DNA of 64,000 bases from Candidatus Krumholzibacteriia bacterium (GTDB taxonomy: Bacteria; Krumholzibacteriota; Krumholzibacteriia; Krumholzibacteriales; Krumholzibacteriaceae), in assembly GCA_963836185.1 (NCBI GenBank), contig CAWIIQ010000002.1, positions 288,001-352,000 of the forward strand. The letters are read 5' to 3'. The position numbers were made by a program, and so were the translations under genes. Positions within the stretch are counted from its first letter, which is position 1; the number at the start of each line of letters is the position of its first letter. The notes below the pieces were generated by a model that saw only the letters and a list, made by a program, of their open reading frames with translations, was not told where the DNA came from and made no database searches. Positions 52,346 to 62,454 of this stretch are shown one piece after another.

Positions 52346-54499
52346 TTGGCGAAAGTCCGCGTATATCAGCTTGCTCGCAAGTACGAGATCTCCAGTGATG
52401 CTCTGCGCAAGATCCTCGTAAAAGAGGGGATCACAGTCAAGAGCCACATGAGCTCCGTGGACGAGAAGGTCGAGACCTTCATCGAGCAGCATTTCAAGCG
52501 CGTCAAGGCTGCCACGACTCGCGAAGTAAAGAAAAAGAAGGACAAGCAGCCTCCCAGGGGCGATACCAGACCCCCGAAGAAGGCCAAGGGTAAAAGGCCG
52601 AGGAAGCAGGCGAAGAAGCCCGAGACCGACCACAAGGCAGTCAAGGAAAGCGTAAAGCGCACCCTCGCCAAGCTCGATGTGACGAGAAAATCCCGCAGGC
52701 GCAAGCGTGAGAAGGAAGATGTCGTGGTGGTCGAGGAGGATCAGGGCGTCATGAAGCTGCCTGAGTTCTCCACCGTCGCGGACGTTGCCCAAAAACTCGA
52801 CATCGATCCGGCCGAGATCATCCAGAAATGCTTCGCTATGGGCCTGATGGTCTCTATCAATCAGAGACTCGACTCGGATACGATCGTGATGCTGGCCGAA
52901 GAGTACGACTTCACCGTTCAGTTCGCGTCTGTTTACGGACAGGACATGCTGGCGGGCAAGAAGGAAGTCGACCCCGAGCGTATGATCGAACGTTCCCCCA
53001 TAGTGACGATCATGGGTCACGTAGATCACGGAAAGACATCGCTTCTCGACAACATGCGCGACAGTAATATCATCGCCGGAGAAAAGGGCGGGATCACGCA
53101 GCATATCGGTGCGTACGAAGTCGAGATCGGGGGCAAAAAGATAACCTTCATCGACACACCCGGCCACGAGGCCTTCACGGCTATGCGGTCGAGGGGCGCG
53201 CAGCTCACCGACATCGTGATCCTGATCACGGCCGCCGACGATGGAGTAATGCCCCAGACGATCGAGGCGATCAACCACGCCAGGGCCGCCGATGTTCCGA
53301 TAATCGTAGCGATAAACAAGATCGACCTGCCGAATGCCGATCTCGGCAAGGTCAAGCAGGGCCTGATCCAGCAGAACCTCGTGCTCGAAGAGTACGGCGG
53401 TAATGTCATGGGCGCCGAGATCTCGGCGAAGAATGGCGTCAATATAGATAAACTGCTCGAGATGATCCTTCTGCAGGCGGAGATGATGGAACTGAAGGCC
53501 GATCCCGAGGCCGAGGTCCGCGGAGTGGTCCTCGAGGCTCGCAAGGAAGAGGGCAGGGGCAATATCGCCACCGTCCTTATCCAGCAGGGAACCCTCAGGG
53601 TCGGCGACAATTTCATCACCGGAAATTTCTTCGGGCGCGTAAAGGCTATGCTCAACGAGCGGGGTAAAAGGATCGATGAGGCGCCTCCTTCGACACCTGT
53701 CGTCATCCTCGGCTGCACGGGGATACCGCAGGCTGGAGACGCGTTCTACCAGATAGAGGACGAAAAGACGGCCAAGGATATCGCCAGCAAGCGTCAGCAG
53801 TTCGCTCGCGAGAAGGACCGCAGGCTTGTCCAGAGGATCACCCTCGAGGACCTCTACAGGCAGATCCAGGAAGGGACCATAAAGGAGCTCAACATCATCG
53901 TCAGGGCCGATACGGACGGCTCGGTGGAAGCGCTCACCGACAGCTTCACATCTCTTGCCACGGAAGAGGTCAAGGTCAACGTCATACAGAAGCTCGTCGG
54001 CATGGTGAACGAAAGCGACGTCCTGCTCGCCTCGGCTTCGAACGCCGTCGTTATCGGGTTCCATACAACGATCACTCCGCAGGCGGAGATGCTCGCCAAG
54101 ACCGAGAATGTCGACGTGAGGTTCTACGAGGTGATCTACAAGGCTATAGATGATATCAAGGCGGCCATGTCGGGTCTCCTCGAGCCGGAGATCATCGAGA
54201 CGCCTCTCGGCGACGCCGAGGTAAGGCAGGTATTCAAGGTCTCCAAGACAGGTACGATCGCGGGATGCTACGTCACTTCGGGAACGATAAAGCGCAACGC
54301 CCTGGTACGCGTGAAAAGGGAAGGGGATGTCATCCATGAGGCGGCGATCAATTCGCTGAAGCGCTTCAAGGACGACGTCAAGGAGGTCCAGTCAGGGTTC
54401 GAGTGCGGTATCGGGGTCGAGGGCTTCGATGACTATGTCGAGGGTGACATCTTCGAGGTATATGAAGAGGTAGAGAGGCACAGATCGATCGATGACTGA
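52346..54499 (+). CDS. infB: translation initiation factor IF-2 (TTG start)
   Basis: GHVDHGKT, GGITQHIGAY, DTPGHEAF, NKID, SLKRFKDDVKEV. Confidence 0.98.
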   Translation: MAKVRVYQLARKYEISSDALRKILVKEGITVKSHMSSVDEKVETFIEQHFKRVKAATTREVKKKKDKQPPRGDTRPPKKAKGKRPRKQAKKPETDHKAVKESVKRTLAKLDVTRKSRRRKREKEDVVVVEEDQGVMKLPEFSTVADVAQKLDIDPAEIIQKCFAMGLMVSINQRLDSDTIVMLAEEYDFTVQFASVYGQDMLAGKKEVDPERMIERSPIVTIMGHVDHGKTSLLDNMRDSNIIAGEKGGITQHIGAYEVEIGGKKITFIDTPGHEAFTAMRSRGAQLTDIVILITAADDGVMPQTIEAINHARAADVPIIVAINKIDLPNADLGKVKQGLIQQNLVLEEYGGNVMGAEISAKNGVNIDKLLEMILLQAEMMELKADPEAEVRGVVLEARKEEGRGNIATVLIQQGTLRVGDNFITGNFFGRVKAMLNERGKRIDEAPPSTPVVILGCTGIPQAGDAFYQIEDEKTAKDIASKRQQFAREKDRRLVQRITLEDLYRQIQEGTIKELNIIVRADTDGSVEALTDSFTSLATEEVKVNVIQKLVGMVNESDVLLASASNAVVIGFHTTITPQAEMLAKTENVDVRFYEVIYKAIDDIKAAMSGLLEPEIIETPLGDAEVRQVFKVSKTGTIAGCYVTSGTIKRNALVRVKREGDVIHEAAINSLKRFKDDVKEVQSGFECGIGVEGFDDYVEGDIFEVYEEVERHRSIDD

Positions 54500-54510
54500 G
54501 CGGGAGGCCC

Positions 54511-54795
54511 GTGATGATCGTGGCTTGCCTCAGGATCAGGCTGCACTTGCCCGGCTGTACTTCACTCAAGGAAAAGCGGTTCGTTCTGAAGAGCCTGAAG
54601 GACAGGCTGCACGGCAGGTTCAATGTCGCACTCTGCGAGTACGGCAGCCATGACAAGTGGCAGCTCGCCGATTTCGGCGTTGCGACTGTGACTACCGACA
54701 CGAGGGGTGCGGACAGCGTTCTCCAGTCGGTCCTTAATTTCATGGAAAAGGACGGCCGCATCGAGCTGGTCGAGATAGATAGAGAGACATACTGA
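54511..54795 (+). CDS. DUF503 (YlxP) family protein
   Basis: SLKEKR..L..RFNVA..E...D.WQ; located between infB and rbfA. Confidence 0.9.
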   Translation: MMIVACLRIRLHLPGCTSLKEKRFVLKSLKDRLHGRFNVALCEYGSHDKWQLADFGVATVTTDTRGADSVLQSVLNFMEKDGRIELVEIDRETY

Positions 54796-54811
54796 CACGG
54801 CGGGACAGGAT

Positions 54812-55198
54812 ATGAGCGAGAGGATCAAGGGACGGATAGAACAGACGATACGCCAGACAGTCGCGTCGCTTCTCATGCTGAAGGTCAAGGACCCGCGAGT
54901 GGCCGATGTCTCTATCCTGCGCGTCGATGTCTCGAGGGACTATTCCGTAGCGAAGATATACTTCAACCTTATCGGCGGAAGTGAGCCGGAAAGGGTCGCC
55001 GAGGCCGAGAAAGGCCTGCTCAGCAGCAGGGGATACATGCGGATGCACGTCAAGAAGCACCTCAGGCTCAGGGTCATCCCCGAGCTCATCTTCAAATATG
55101 ATTCCTCACTCGACAGGGCGATGCATCTCGAGGAGATCATCGAAAGCATTCACAAAGAGGAAGAAGGCACAGAAGGCGAAGGAGAGGAACAGGGATGA
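54812..55198 (+). CDS. rbfA: ribosome-binding factor A
   Basis: KDPRV, VSRDYSVAKIY, LRVIPELIFKYDSS. Confidence 0.95.
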   Translation: MSERIKGRIEQTIRQTVASLLMLKVKDPRVADVSILRVDVSRDYSVAKIYFNLIGGSEPERVAEAEKGLLSSRGYMRMHVKKHLRLRVIPELIFKYDSSLDRAMHLEEIIESIHKEEEGTEGEGEEQG

Positions 55199-56178
55199 GC
55201 GGGGAACGGTTCGAAAAGCAGTTCTCGGAGATGATGGCGTTGTTCGAACGGCACGATTCTGTACTCGTCACCGGACACATCGACCCGGACGGAGACTGTA
55301 TCGGCTCGATGTTCGCCATAGCCCTGATGCTCGAGAAGATGGGCAAGAAGGTCATCTGTTACGCACCGGGTGAGATATCGGAGCTATTCCTCAAGCTTCC
55401 CGGCGCATCGATGCTAGCCGGGCGCGAGGCGGCTTCGGACTTCGAGCATGACCTCGTCGTTGCGGTCGATTCTCCCAACACGGCGAGGACGGAGCATTTC
55501 GCCAGGCCGTGTGAGAACGAGGATGTCATAAACATAGACCATCATCCAACGAACGAGATGTACGGCTGCGTGAATGTCGTCGATGGTGACGCCGCCGCTA
55601 CTACCGTGCTGGTATACAGGTTCTTCATCTCCGCCGCTCCTGACAGGATGACAGCTGATATCGCCGACTGCCTCTATCTGGGTGTCCTTATGGACACGGG
55701 CGGCTTCCGGTTCCAGAACGTGAATTCCGAGGCTCTCAGGATCTCTTCCGAACTGATCGGCCTGGGAGCGAGGGGATACGACCTTGCTCATGAATATATC
55801 TATGTGAAGAAGTTCTCCACTCTCAAGCTGCTCGGCCTCGTGCTCGATTCACTGCGTCTGCATGTAGACGGGCGGGCTGCGACGATGGATGTTACCCTGG
55901 AGATGCTCGAGAGGACGGAGACGACCCTGAAGGATTCGGAAGGATTCGTGGATTACGGTGCCGCGCTTGACGATGTGGAACTCGTGGCGCTCTTCAGGGA
56001 GAACGCTCCGGGCGAGATAAGGGTCAGCCTCCGCTCAAGGAACCATCACGACGTCTCGGCCCTCGCCGAGAGATTCGGCGGCGGCGGACACATGAGGGCC
56101 GCTGGACTCACCCTTGAGACCGACCTCATGTCAGCGAAGGAGACTATCGTCAAGGGCTTCGCGGAGATGCTCGACTGA
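55195..56178 (+). CDS. nrnA: DHH/DHHA1 nanoRNase/PAP phosphatase
   Basis: HIDPDGD, IDHH, DTGGF, SLRS, GGGHMRAAG. Confidence 0.9.
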   Translation: MSGERFEKQFSEMMALFERHDSVLVTGHIDPDGDCIGSMFAIALMLEKMGKKVICYAPGEISELFLKLPGASMLAGREAASDFEHDLVVAVDSPNTARTEHFARPCENEDVINIDHHPTNEMYGCVNVVDGDAAATTVLVYRFFISAAPDRMTADIADCLYLGVLMDTGGFRFQNVNSEALRISSELIGLGARGYDLAHEYIYVKKFSTLKLLGLVLDSLRLHVDGRAATMDVTLEMLERTETTLKDSEGFVDYGAALDDVELVALFRENAPGEIRVSLRSRNHHDVSALAERFGGGGHMRAAGLTLETDLMSAKETIVKGFAEMLD

Positions 56179-56204
56179 ATGGGCGCGGAGACGGCGAACC
56201 GGAT

Positions 56205-57107
56205 ATGGACGACAGACTCGATAATCTCGTGATCCCAGTTAACAAGTCACTCGGCCTGTCGACATACGATGTCATCAGGCGTTTCAGGAAAGCCGTCAGG
56301 GTGAGGAAGGTCGGGCACTCGGGCACGCTGGACCCCCTGGCCACCGGTCTCGTCCTGCTTCTCACGGGCGATGCCACGAAGCTGTCGGGCTACCTGATGG
56401 AACTTCCCAAGACATATATAGCCGATGTCGAGCTCGGAAGCTCGACCGATACGAACGACACGGAAGGTAATGTCGTAGAGACAGGCGACTGGAGCGGCGT
56501 CACTGAGGATGCCATACGCGCGGTTCTACCCTCCTTTCTCGGAAGGAGGGAGCAGGTCCCCCCGATGTTTTCCGCGCTGAAGCACAAGGGCGTGCCGCTG
56601 TACACGATGGCTCGCAGGGGCGAGCATGTGGAGCGCAAGCCGCGCGAGGTCGAGACGTACGGGCTCACGCTGCTTGCCTGCGAACTTCCCGTCTTCCGGG
56701 TCGAGGTCGTCTGCTCGAAAGGTATGTATGTAAGGGTCCTCGCTGAGGAGATCGGCGCCAGTCTCGGTGTGCCCGCGCATCTGAAGAGTCTCGTCAGGAC
56801 GAAGATCGGGCAGTTCGACGTCGAGTCGGCCGTCAGGGACGATGCTTTAGACGCTATTACGGATATGGATGACCCGGGATTCGGGCTGGCGGAGGCGCTC
56901 GGACATCTCAGGCCGGTAGAGCTCGATGAGCAGCAGGTCGCAGGGGTGCGCAACGGCGCTGCCCCGAGGATGAACAGCGCGGTAGCCCGCGTAGGAGAGA
57001 TATTGCGGCTGGTCGACGCCGAGGGAGCACTCTGCGCTCTCGCCGAGGCGGGGCCGGCGGGGATCATGAAGCTCAAGAGGGTCTTTATCAATGATGACCG
57101 GAGATAA
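56205..57107 (+). CDS. truB: tRNA pseudouridine(55) synthase
   Basis: GHSGTLDPLATG, QVPPMFSALK, CSKGMYVR. Confidence 0.96.
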   Translation: MDDRLDNLVIPVNKSLGLSTYDVIRRFRKAVRVRKVGHSGTLDPLATGLVLLLTGDATKLSGYLMELPKTYIADVELGSSTDTNDTEGNVVETGDWSGVTEDAIRAVLPSFLGRREQVPPMFSALKHKGVPLYTMARRGEHVERKPREVETYGLTLLACELPVFRVEVVCSKGMYVRVLAEEIGASLGVPAHLKSLVRTKIGQFDVESAVRDDALDAITDMDDPGFGLAEALGHLRPVELDEQQVAGVRNGAAPRMNSAVARVGEILRLVDAEGALCALAEAGPAGIMKLKRVFINDDRR

Positions 57108-57113
57108 GAGGCT

Positions 57114-58058
57114 ATGACACTGCTTGTCAGGAGTGAGGACGCGGCAGGGATCGAACGGATCGATTCGGCCGTCACTATCGGGGTCTTTGACGGGGTCCAC
57201 ACGGGCCATCAGAAAGTCATCTCCGAGGCGCTCGGGAAGGCGCGGGAGGCAGGCCTGAAGAGGACCGTCCTTGTGACATTCGACAGACACCCGATGAGTG
57301 TGACTCGGCCGGAAGCGGCTCCGGGGCTCCTTACGACCCTCGACGAGAAACTCTCGCTCCTGCAGGACCTTGATCTCGACATGATATTCGTGGAGAGGTT
57401 CGACGGCGAGACCGCCTCGATCCCCTACACAGGCTATATAAGGGAAAGGCTCGCGGGCTCCCTCGGGATGAAGCAGCTGGTCGTCGGATACGACTTCCAT
57501 CTCGGCAGGGGAAGAGAGGGGGGCAGCGAGGCTCTTATCGAGGAGGGACGCAGGGCGGGATTCGGCGTGACCGTCGTTCCCCCCGTGGTAGTGGGCGGCA
57601 CAGCCGTTTCGAGCACGCGGATACGCAAGGATGTCATGGAGAGGAAGATGGGCCGTGCGGCGAGATTCCTCACCCGACCCTATTTCTTTGATGCCGACGT
57701 CGAGAGCGGGGGCGGGGTGGGCCGCGAACTGGGGTACCCGACAGCCAACGCCTGCGTTGCGCACAGCGAGAAGCTCATACCGCCGGGAGGGGCCTATGCG
57801 GTAACCGTCGATACGGGCGAGAAGGTCCACTGGGGGATGATGAACATCGGTCTCGCTCCGACGATCAGGTGCGACGGGCGCGAGAGTATAGAGGTCCATC
57901 TCTTCGACTTCAACGGAGACCTCTACGGCAGCCGGCTGCGGATAAATGTCGTCGAATACATCCGGGACGAGAGGCGATTCCGCGGTCGTGACGAGCTGAT
58001 GGAACAGCTTCTGCAGGATAGCGTAAAGGTCAGGGGGATTCTGGAAAAGAAACGTTGA
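57114..58058 (+). CDS. ribF: riboflavin kinase/FAD synthetase
   Basis: IGVFDGVHTGH, VGYDF, VSSTRIR, GRELGYPTAN, EVHLFDF. Confidence 0.96.
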   Translation: MTLLVRSEDAAGIERIDSAVTIGVFDGVHTGHQKVISEALGKAREAGLKRTVLVTFDRHPMSVTRPEAAPGLLTTLDEKLSLLQDLDLDMIFVERFDGETASIPYTGYIRERLAGSLGMKQLVVGYDFHLGRGREGGSEALIEEGRRAGFGVTVVPPVVVGGTAVSSTRIRKDVMERKMGRAARFLTRPYFFDADVESGGGVGRELGYPTANACVAHSEKLIPPGGAYAVTVDTGEKVHWGMMNIGLAPTIRCDGRESIEVHLFDFNGDLYGSRLRINVVEYIRDERRFRGRDELMEQLLQDSVKVRGILEKKR

Positions 58059-58082
58059 CAATCCTAAAAAGTCGTGTATGTT
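58055..58082 (+). promoter_or_regulatory. putative sigma70 promoter of rpsO
   Basis: TTGACA-N16-TATGTT. Confidence 0.5.
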
Positions 58083-58184
58083 TGGTTATTGCGCTTGACA
58101 TACAAGGCAGTTTGAGGCGGATTGGGCATGGGGCCCTTTCTGCTGCCATCGTGTATCAGCACGAGTATGAAGGAGGTCAGGACG

Positions 58185-58454
58185 ATGGCACTGCAAAAGG
58201 ACACGAAAAAAGAGGTTATCAGCAAGTTCCGGCTGCACGAGTTGGACTCGGGGTCGCCGGAAGTGCAGATCGCGCTCCTCACAGAGCGAATCAACGCTCT
58301 TACCGAGCACTTCAAGGTTCACAAGAAAGACTTCGCGTCGAGACGCGGGCTTCTCAAGCTCGTCGGACGCCGCCGCAAGCTTCTTGATTACCTGAAGAAG
58401 AGCAGGATCGAGAAGTATCGCGAGCTCATCAAGGAACTAAACCTCAGGAAGTAA
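58185..58454 (+). CDS. rpsO: 30S ribosomal protein S15
   Basis: [24 protein letters not shown]; AAGGAGG RBS. Confidence 0.98.
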   Translation: MALQKDTKKEVISKFRLHELDSGSPEVQIALLTERINALTEHFKVHKKDFASRRGLLKLVGRRRKLLDYLKKSRIEKYRELIKELNLRK

Positions 58455-58549
58455 GCTCAGGCTTTATTGTTTCCACCGCCGGTGTCGTGGCCGGGTAGGT
58501 GGAGTAGTACCTTCTGTTGATATTGGCAGATGGAGAAGAGAGAAAAGGA

Positions 58550-60706
58550 ATGATCAGAAAGACAAAGCAGATCGATGGAAGAGAACTCTTCATCGAGACA
58601 GGGCGAATCGCCAGACAGGCTGACGGCTCGGTCCTGGTAGGGGAAGAGGGGACCACCGTCCTCGTCACGGCAGTCTCATCAGAGGCCGTGAGCGACAGGG
58701 GGTTCTTCCCGCTCTTCGTCGAGTACAGGGAAAAATTTTACGCCGCCGGCAAGATCCCCGGCGGATTCTTCAAGCGTGAGGGAAGGCCCTCCGAGAGGGA
58801 GACCCTCGGAGCGAGGCAGATAGACCGGCCGATCAGGCCGCTCTTTCCCGAGGGCTTCATGAGCGAGGTCCAGGTGGCTTGTACGGTCCTGAGCAGCGAT
58901 CAGCAGCATCAGGCAGACATCCTGGGTATCATCGGCGCGTCGCTTTCGCTGAACATGTCGAACATCCCGTTCGACACGATTGTCAGCGGAGTGCGGGTCG
59001 GCCTGAAGGACGGCGAGTTCATCCTCAACCCGACCTTCGATCAGCTTGAGGAGAGCGAGCTCGAGCTCGTCATCGCCGGTTCAGACGAGGCGATCATCAT
59101 GGTCGAGGGGGATGCCAAAGAGCTCCCCGAAGCGAAGATCATGGAAGCGCTCGAATTCGGACACGTGAAGATAAAGGAACTGAACGCCTTCCAGAGGGAA
59201 GTGCTCGCCGAGTGCGACATCCCCGAGAAGAGGACGTTTGAGGTGACCGAGGTAGATCAGGACCTCCAGCAGAGGCTGAGGCATGACTATCTCCAGGGAG
59301 TCGACCAGGCCTGTCGCGTAAAGGGCAAGCATAAGAGAGCGAAGGCTCTTTCGAATCTGACGGCCGAGGCCCTCGAAAAATACGGCGAGGAATTCCCCGA
59401 GTCGGAAAAAGCCATAAAGAACATCATGCACGACCTCGAGCGTGAGGCTGTCAGGAAGATGATCCTCGACGAGAAGGTCAGGACCGACGGCCGTGCCTAC
59501 GATGAGGTACGTGACATCAAGTGCGAGATCGCGGTACTCCCGAGGACCCACGGCAGCGCCCTGTTCACCAGGGGAGAGACTCAGGCTCTCGTCGTGACGA
59601 CACTCGGCACCTCGCAGGACGAGCAGCGCATCGACGCGCTGTCGGGCGAGAGCTGGAAGAAGTACATGCTTCATTACAACTTCCCGCCGTTCAGTGTCGG
59701 CGAGGTCGGATTCTTCCGCGGCCCCGGCCGCAGGGAGATCGGCCACGGAGCGCTCGCCGAGAGGGCGATCAGCCCCGTTATCCCCACTGACGAGGATTTC
59801 CCCTACACGGTCAGGGTGGTCTCCGACGTCATGGAGTCGAACGGCTCCAGCTCGATGGCCACTGTCTGCGGCGGAAGCCTCGCGCTGATGGATGCCGGCG
59901 TACCTATCAAAAAGCCCGTTGCGGGTGTTGCGATGGGTATGATCACGGAGGACGGCAAGCACGCGATCCTCACCGATATCCTCGGACTCGAGGACCATCT
60001 CGGCGACATGGACTTCAAGGTCACCGGGACGTGCGACGGCGTGACCGGGTTCCAGATGGACACCAAGGTCATGGGTATCTCGAAAGAGGTAATGACCGAA
60101 GCGCTCGAGCAGGCGAAGAGGGCAAGACTGCAGATCCTCGATATCATGAACGGGACAATCGACAAGGCGCGAGACGACATCTCGCCCTTCGCTCCTAAGA
60201 TCCACCAGATCAAGGTGCCTGTCGACAAGATCCGTGAGATCATCGGCCCGGGAGGCAAGATGATCAGGCATATCCAGGATACTTCAGGCGCGAAGATCGA
60301 CATCGATGATGACGGCACAGTCACTATCGCCGCCATCGACGGAGAGTCGCATGACAAGGCGATGGCGATGCTCGAAGAGATCACCGCCGAGCCCGAAGTC
60401 GACAAGGTCTACAAGGGCAAGGTCAGGAGCGTCGTCCAGTTCGGCGCCTTCGTAGAGATCATGCCGGGCCGTGACGGGCTGCTGCACATCTCCGAGATAG
60501 ACATCAACCGTGTCGAAAGAGTCGAGGATGTTCTCAACGTCGGTGACGAGATCGAGGTCAAGGTCGTCAACGTCGATCGCGACGGCAAGATCCGCCTCAG
60601 CCGCAAGGTGCTTCTCCCGGATTACGACGAGGAAAAGCACGGAAGCAGCAGGGACGGGGGCCGAAGAGGCGGCGGCGACCGTGGCGGTCGCGGCGGCCGA
60701 CGCTGA
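58550..60706 (+). CDS. pnp: polyribonucleotide nucleotidyltransferase
   Basis: GKIPGGFFKREG, RREIGHG, ESNGSSSMA, GDMDFKV, KH and S1 domains, RGG tail. Confidence 0.98.
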   Translation: MIRKTKQIDGRELFIETGRIARQADGSVLVGEEGTTVLVTAVSSEAVSDRGFFPLFVEYREKFYAAGKIPGGFFKREGRPSERETLGARQIDRPIRPLFPEGFMSEVQVACTVLSSDQQHQADILGIIGASLSLNMSNIPFDTIVSGVRVGLKDGEFILNPTFDQLEESELELVIAGSDEAIIMVEGDAKELPEAKIMEALEFGHVKIKELNAFQREVLAECDIPEKRTFEVTEVDQDLQQRLRHDYLQGVDQACRVKGKHKRAKALSNLTAEALEKYGEEFPESEKAIKNIMHDLEREAVRKMILDEKVRTDGRAYDEVRDIKCEIAVLPRTHGSALFTRGETQALVVTTLGTSQDEQRIDALSGESWKKYMLHYNFPPFSVGEVGFFRGPGRREIGHGALAERAISPVIPTDEDFPYTVRVVSDVMESNGSSSMATVCGGSLALMDAGVPIKKPVAGVAMGMITEDGKHAILTDILGLEDHLGDMDFKVTGTCDGVTGFQMDTKVMGISKEVMTEALEQAKRARLQILDIMNGTIDKARDDISPFAPKIHQIKVPVDKIREIIGPGGKMIRHIQDTSGAKIDIDDDGTVTIAAIDGESHDKAMAMLEEITAEPEVDKVYKGKVRSVVQFGAFVEIMPGRDGLLHISEIDINRVERVEDVLNVGDEIEVKVVNVDRDGKIRLSRKVLLPDYDEEKHGSSRDGGRRGGGDRGGRGGRR

Positions 60707-60712
60707 TCCATT

Positions 60713-61978
60713 ATGATAAAACTGCCAGAACCACGCAGGATCGCCCTTGATTCAGGGGCGGTCCTGCTTTATCAGAAGAACATCGTTCCGCAGACAGCGG
60801 CGTTCGGCGTATGGATAAGGAAGGGCTCCCGTGACGAGGGACCCGGCCAGCGCGGGATGTCGCATGTCCTCGAGCACATGGTGTTCCGCGGAACGCCGTC
60901 ACGCACCGGCCTCGATATCGCGCTCGACCTCGAGTCGATCGGCGGCCAGTGGGACGCTTTCACCAGCAAGGAATCTGTCTGCTATTACGGGAGGACGCTC
61001 GAGGAGCACTTCCCGCAGCTGGCCGACGTCTTCTCCGACATCGTCCTCAATCCCCTGGTCGAGTCTCCGTCATTGAGGACGGAGCTGAAGGTGATAAGAG
61101 AGGAGATCAGGAGCGTCAATGACTCTCCCGAGGAGGAGGTCTACGAGCTCTTCTTCAAGGGGCTGTTCAACGGAAGCCAGCTCGGGTACCCCGTCGCGGG
61201 CAACCTCATGGACCTTTCCAGGATAAACCGGGACGGCCTGACGGCCTTTCACAGGAAGACCTACACGGCGGCGAACACGGTATTCGCCTATATCGGCACT
61301 CTCGCTCCCGGAAAGGTGGCGCGGATGCTGGACAGTAGATTTACCTTCCAGCTCAAGGGGAGGCGCCCGGGGCTCAGGCGCGACAGTATCATGCCGGCCG
61401 TCTCCAGGTCGATCCGCAGGAGCGGATGGAAGCAGTACCATACGTGTATCGGCAGCCGGACCGTTTCCGCGGGCCACCCTTTGAGGTTCGCCGTGATGCT
61501 CCTGTCCGGGATCATAGGCGGCGGGGTCTCCTCGAGGTTGTTCCAGAGCATGAGGGAGAAGGCGGGTCTCGCTTATTCGGTCTTTTCAAACGTTAATTTG
61601 TGGAGCGACACGGGCGCCTTTTCGGTATACTTCTGTGTCGATCCGAAAAATCTGCGGCCGGCTCTTGATATCTTCGAAAAGGAGATCGAAAAGCTTCGCA
61701 GCGGCGGTGTCACTCGTGAAGAGCTAGAGAGCGCCAGGGCGCAGCTGAAGGGATCGATAATCTTCGGCCTCGAAAGCTCGGAGACGAGATTGTTCAGACT
61801 CTTTCACGAAGAGTGCTACCTCGGCAGTTTCAGGAAGGTCGAGGATGTGCTCAGGGACATAGACGCGGTAGATACGGGCATGATCGCAGAGGCAGCAGAT
61901 ATGCTTCTCGCGCCGGACCGGCTCATCCGGGCGACATGCGGTCCGGAAGGCGCGTCCGGAAGGAAAACGGGCAGATGA
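60713..61978 (+). CDS. M16 (pitrilysin) family zinc peptidase
   Basis: HVLEH inverted zinc motif; GGGVSSRLFQ..REK.GLAYSV. Confidence 0.92.
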   Translation: MIKLPEPRRIALDSGAVLLYQKNIVPQTAAFGVWIRKGSRDEGPGQRGMSHVLEHMVFRGTPSRTGLDIALDLESIGGQWDAFTSKESVCYYGRTLEEHFPQLADVFSDIVLNPLVESPSLRTELKVIREEIRSVNDSPEEEVYELFFKGLFNGSQLGYPVAGNLMDLSRINRDGLTAFHRKTYTAANTVFAYIGTLAPGKVARMLDSRFTFQLKGRRPGLRRDSIMPAVSRSIRRSGWKQYHTCIGSRTVSAGHPLRFAVMLLSGIIGGGVSSRLFQSMREKAGLAYSVFSNVNLWSDTGAFSVYFCVDPKNLRPALDIFEKEIEKLRSGGVTREELESARAQLKGSIIFGLESSETRLFRLFHEECYLGSFRKVEDVLRDIDAVDTGMIAEAADMLLAPDRLIRATCGPEGASGRKTGR

Positions 61979-62454
61979 GCAGCGGGTCTAAAGAAAATGC
62001 GCCAGTCACCATCGAGATCAGGTATCTCCCCCACTACGAAAAATTGCCTCCCATCGCCCGCATGACCGAAGGATCGAGCGGATTCGATCTTCACGCGGCC
62101 TGCGAAGGAGAGATAATGGTCGAGCCGGGCAGGGTGGCCCTCATCCCCGCCGGGTTCGAGATGGCCGTCCCCCGGGGATTCGAGGCGCAGGTAAGGCCCC
62201 GCAGCGGACTTGCCCTTAAAAGCATGATCGGACTGCTCAACAGCCCCGGCACTATCGACAGCGACTACCGCGGAGAAGTCGGCGTGATCCTCTTCAACTT
62301 CGGGAGCGAGGATTTCGTTGTCCGCAGGGGGGACCGGATAGCGCAGATGGTCATCTGCGGCCTTCCCGAAGCTGAGCTCGTCGAGACCGAAGAGCTCGAC
62401 GACACAGCCCGCGGCCCGGGAGGGTTCGGCCATACGGGCAGGGGACGGAGATGA
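61975..62454 (+). CDS. dut: dUTPase
   Basis: GFDL, RPRSGLA, PGTIDSDYRGE, GDRIAQ, RG.GGFGHTG. Confidence 0.97.
   Translation: MSSGSKENAPVTIEIRYLPHYEKLPPIARMTEGSSGFDLHAACEGEIMVEPGRVALIPAGFEMAVPRGFEAQVRPRSGLALKSMIGLLNSPGTIDSDYRGEVGVILFNFGSEDFVVRRGDRIAQMVICGLPEAELVETEELDDTARGPGGFGHTGRGRR

Noticed and set aside
52052-54337. Long antisense ORFs (761 aa here; also 17593-19218, 37997-39685, 50638-52308)
   Set aside because: Shadow frames of GC-rich genes with TCGA-rich codon usage; no recognisable motifs
58472-58503. Terminator between rpsO and pnp
   Set aside because: The hairpin (TCCACC/GGTGGA) lacks a U-tract; it may be a processing stem, but that cannot be supported from sequence alone
60640-60706. 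RGG-rich PNPase tail as a novelty
   Set aside because: Such tails are common in bacterial PNPases
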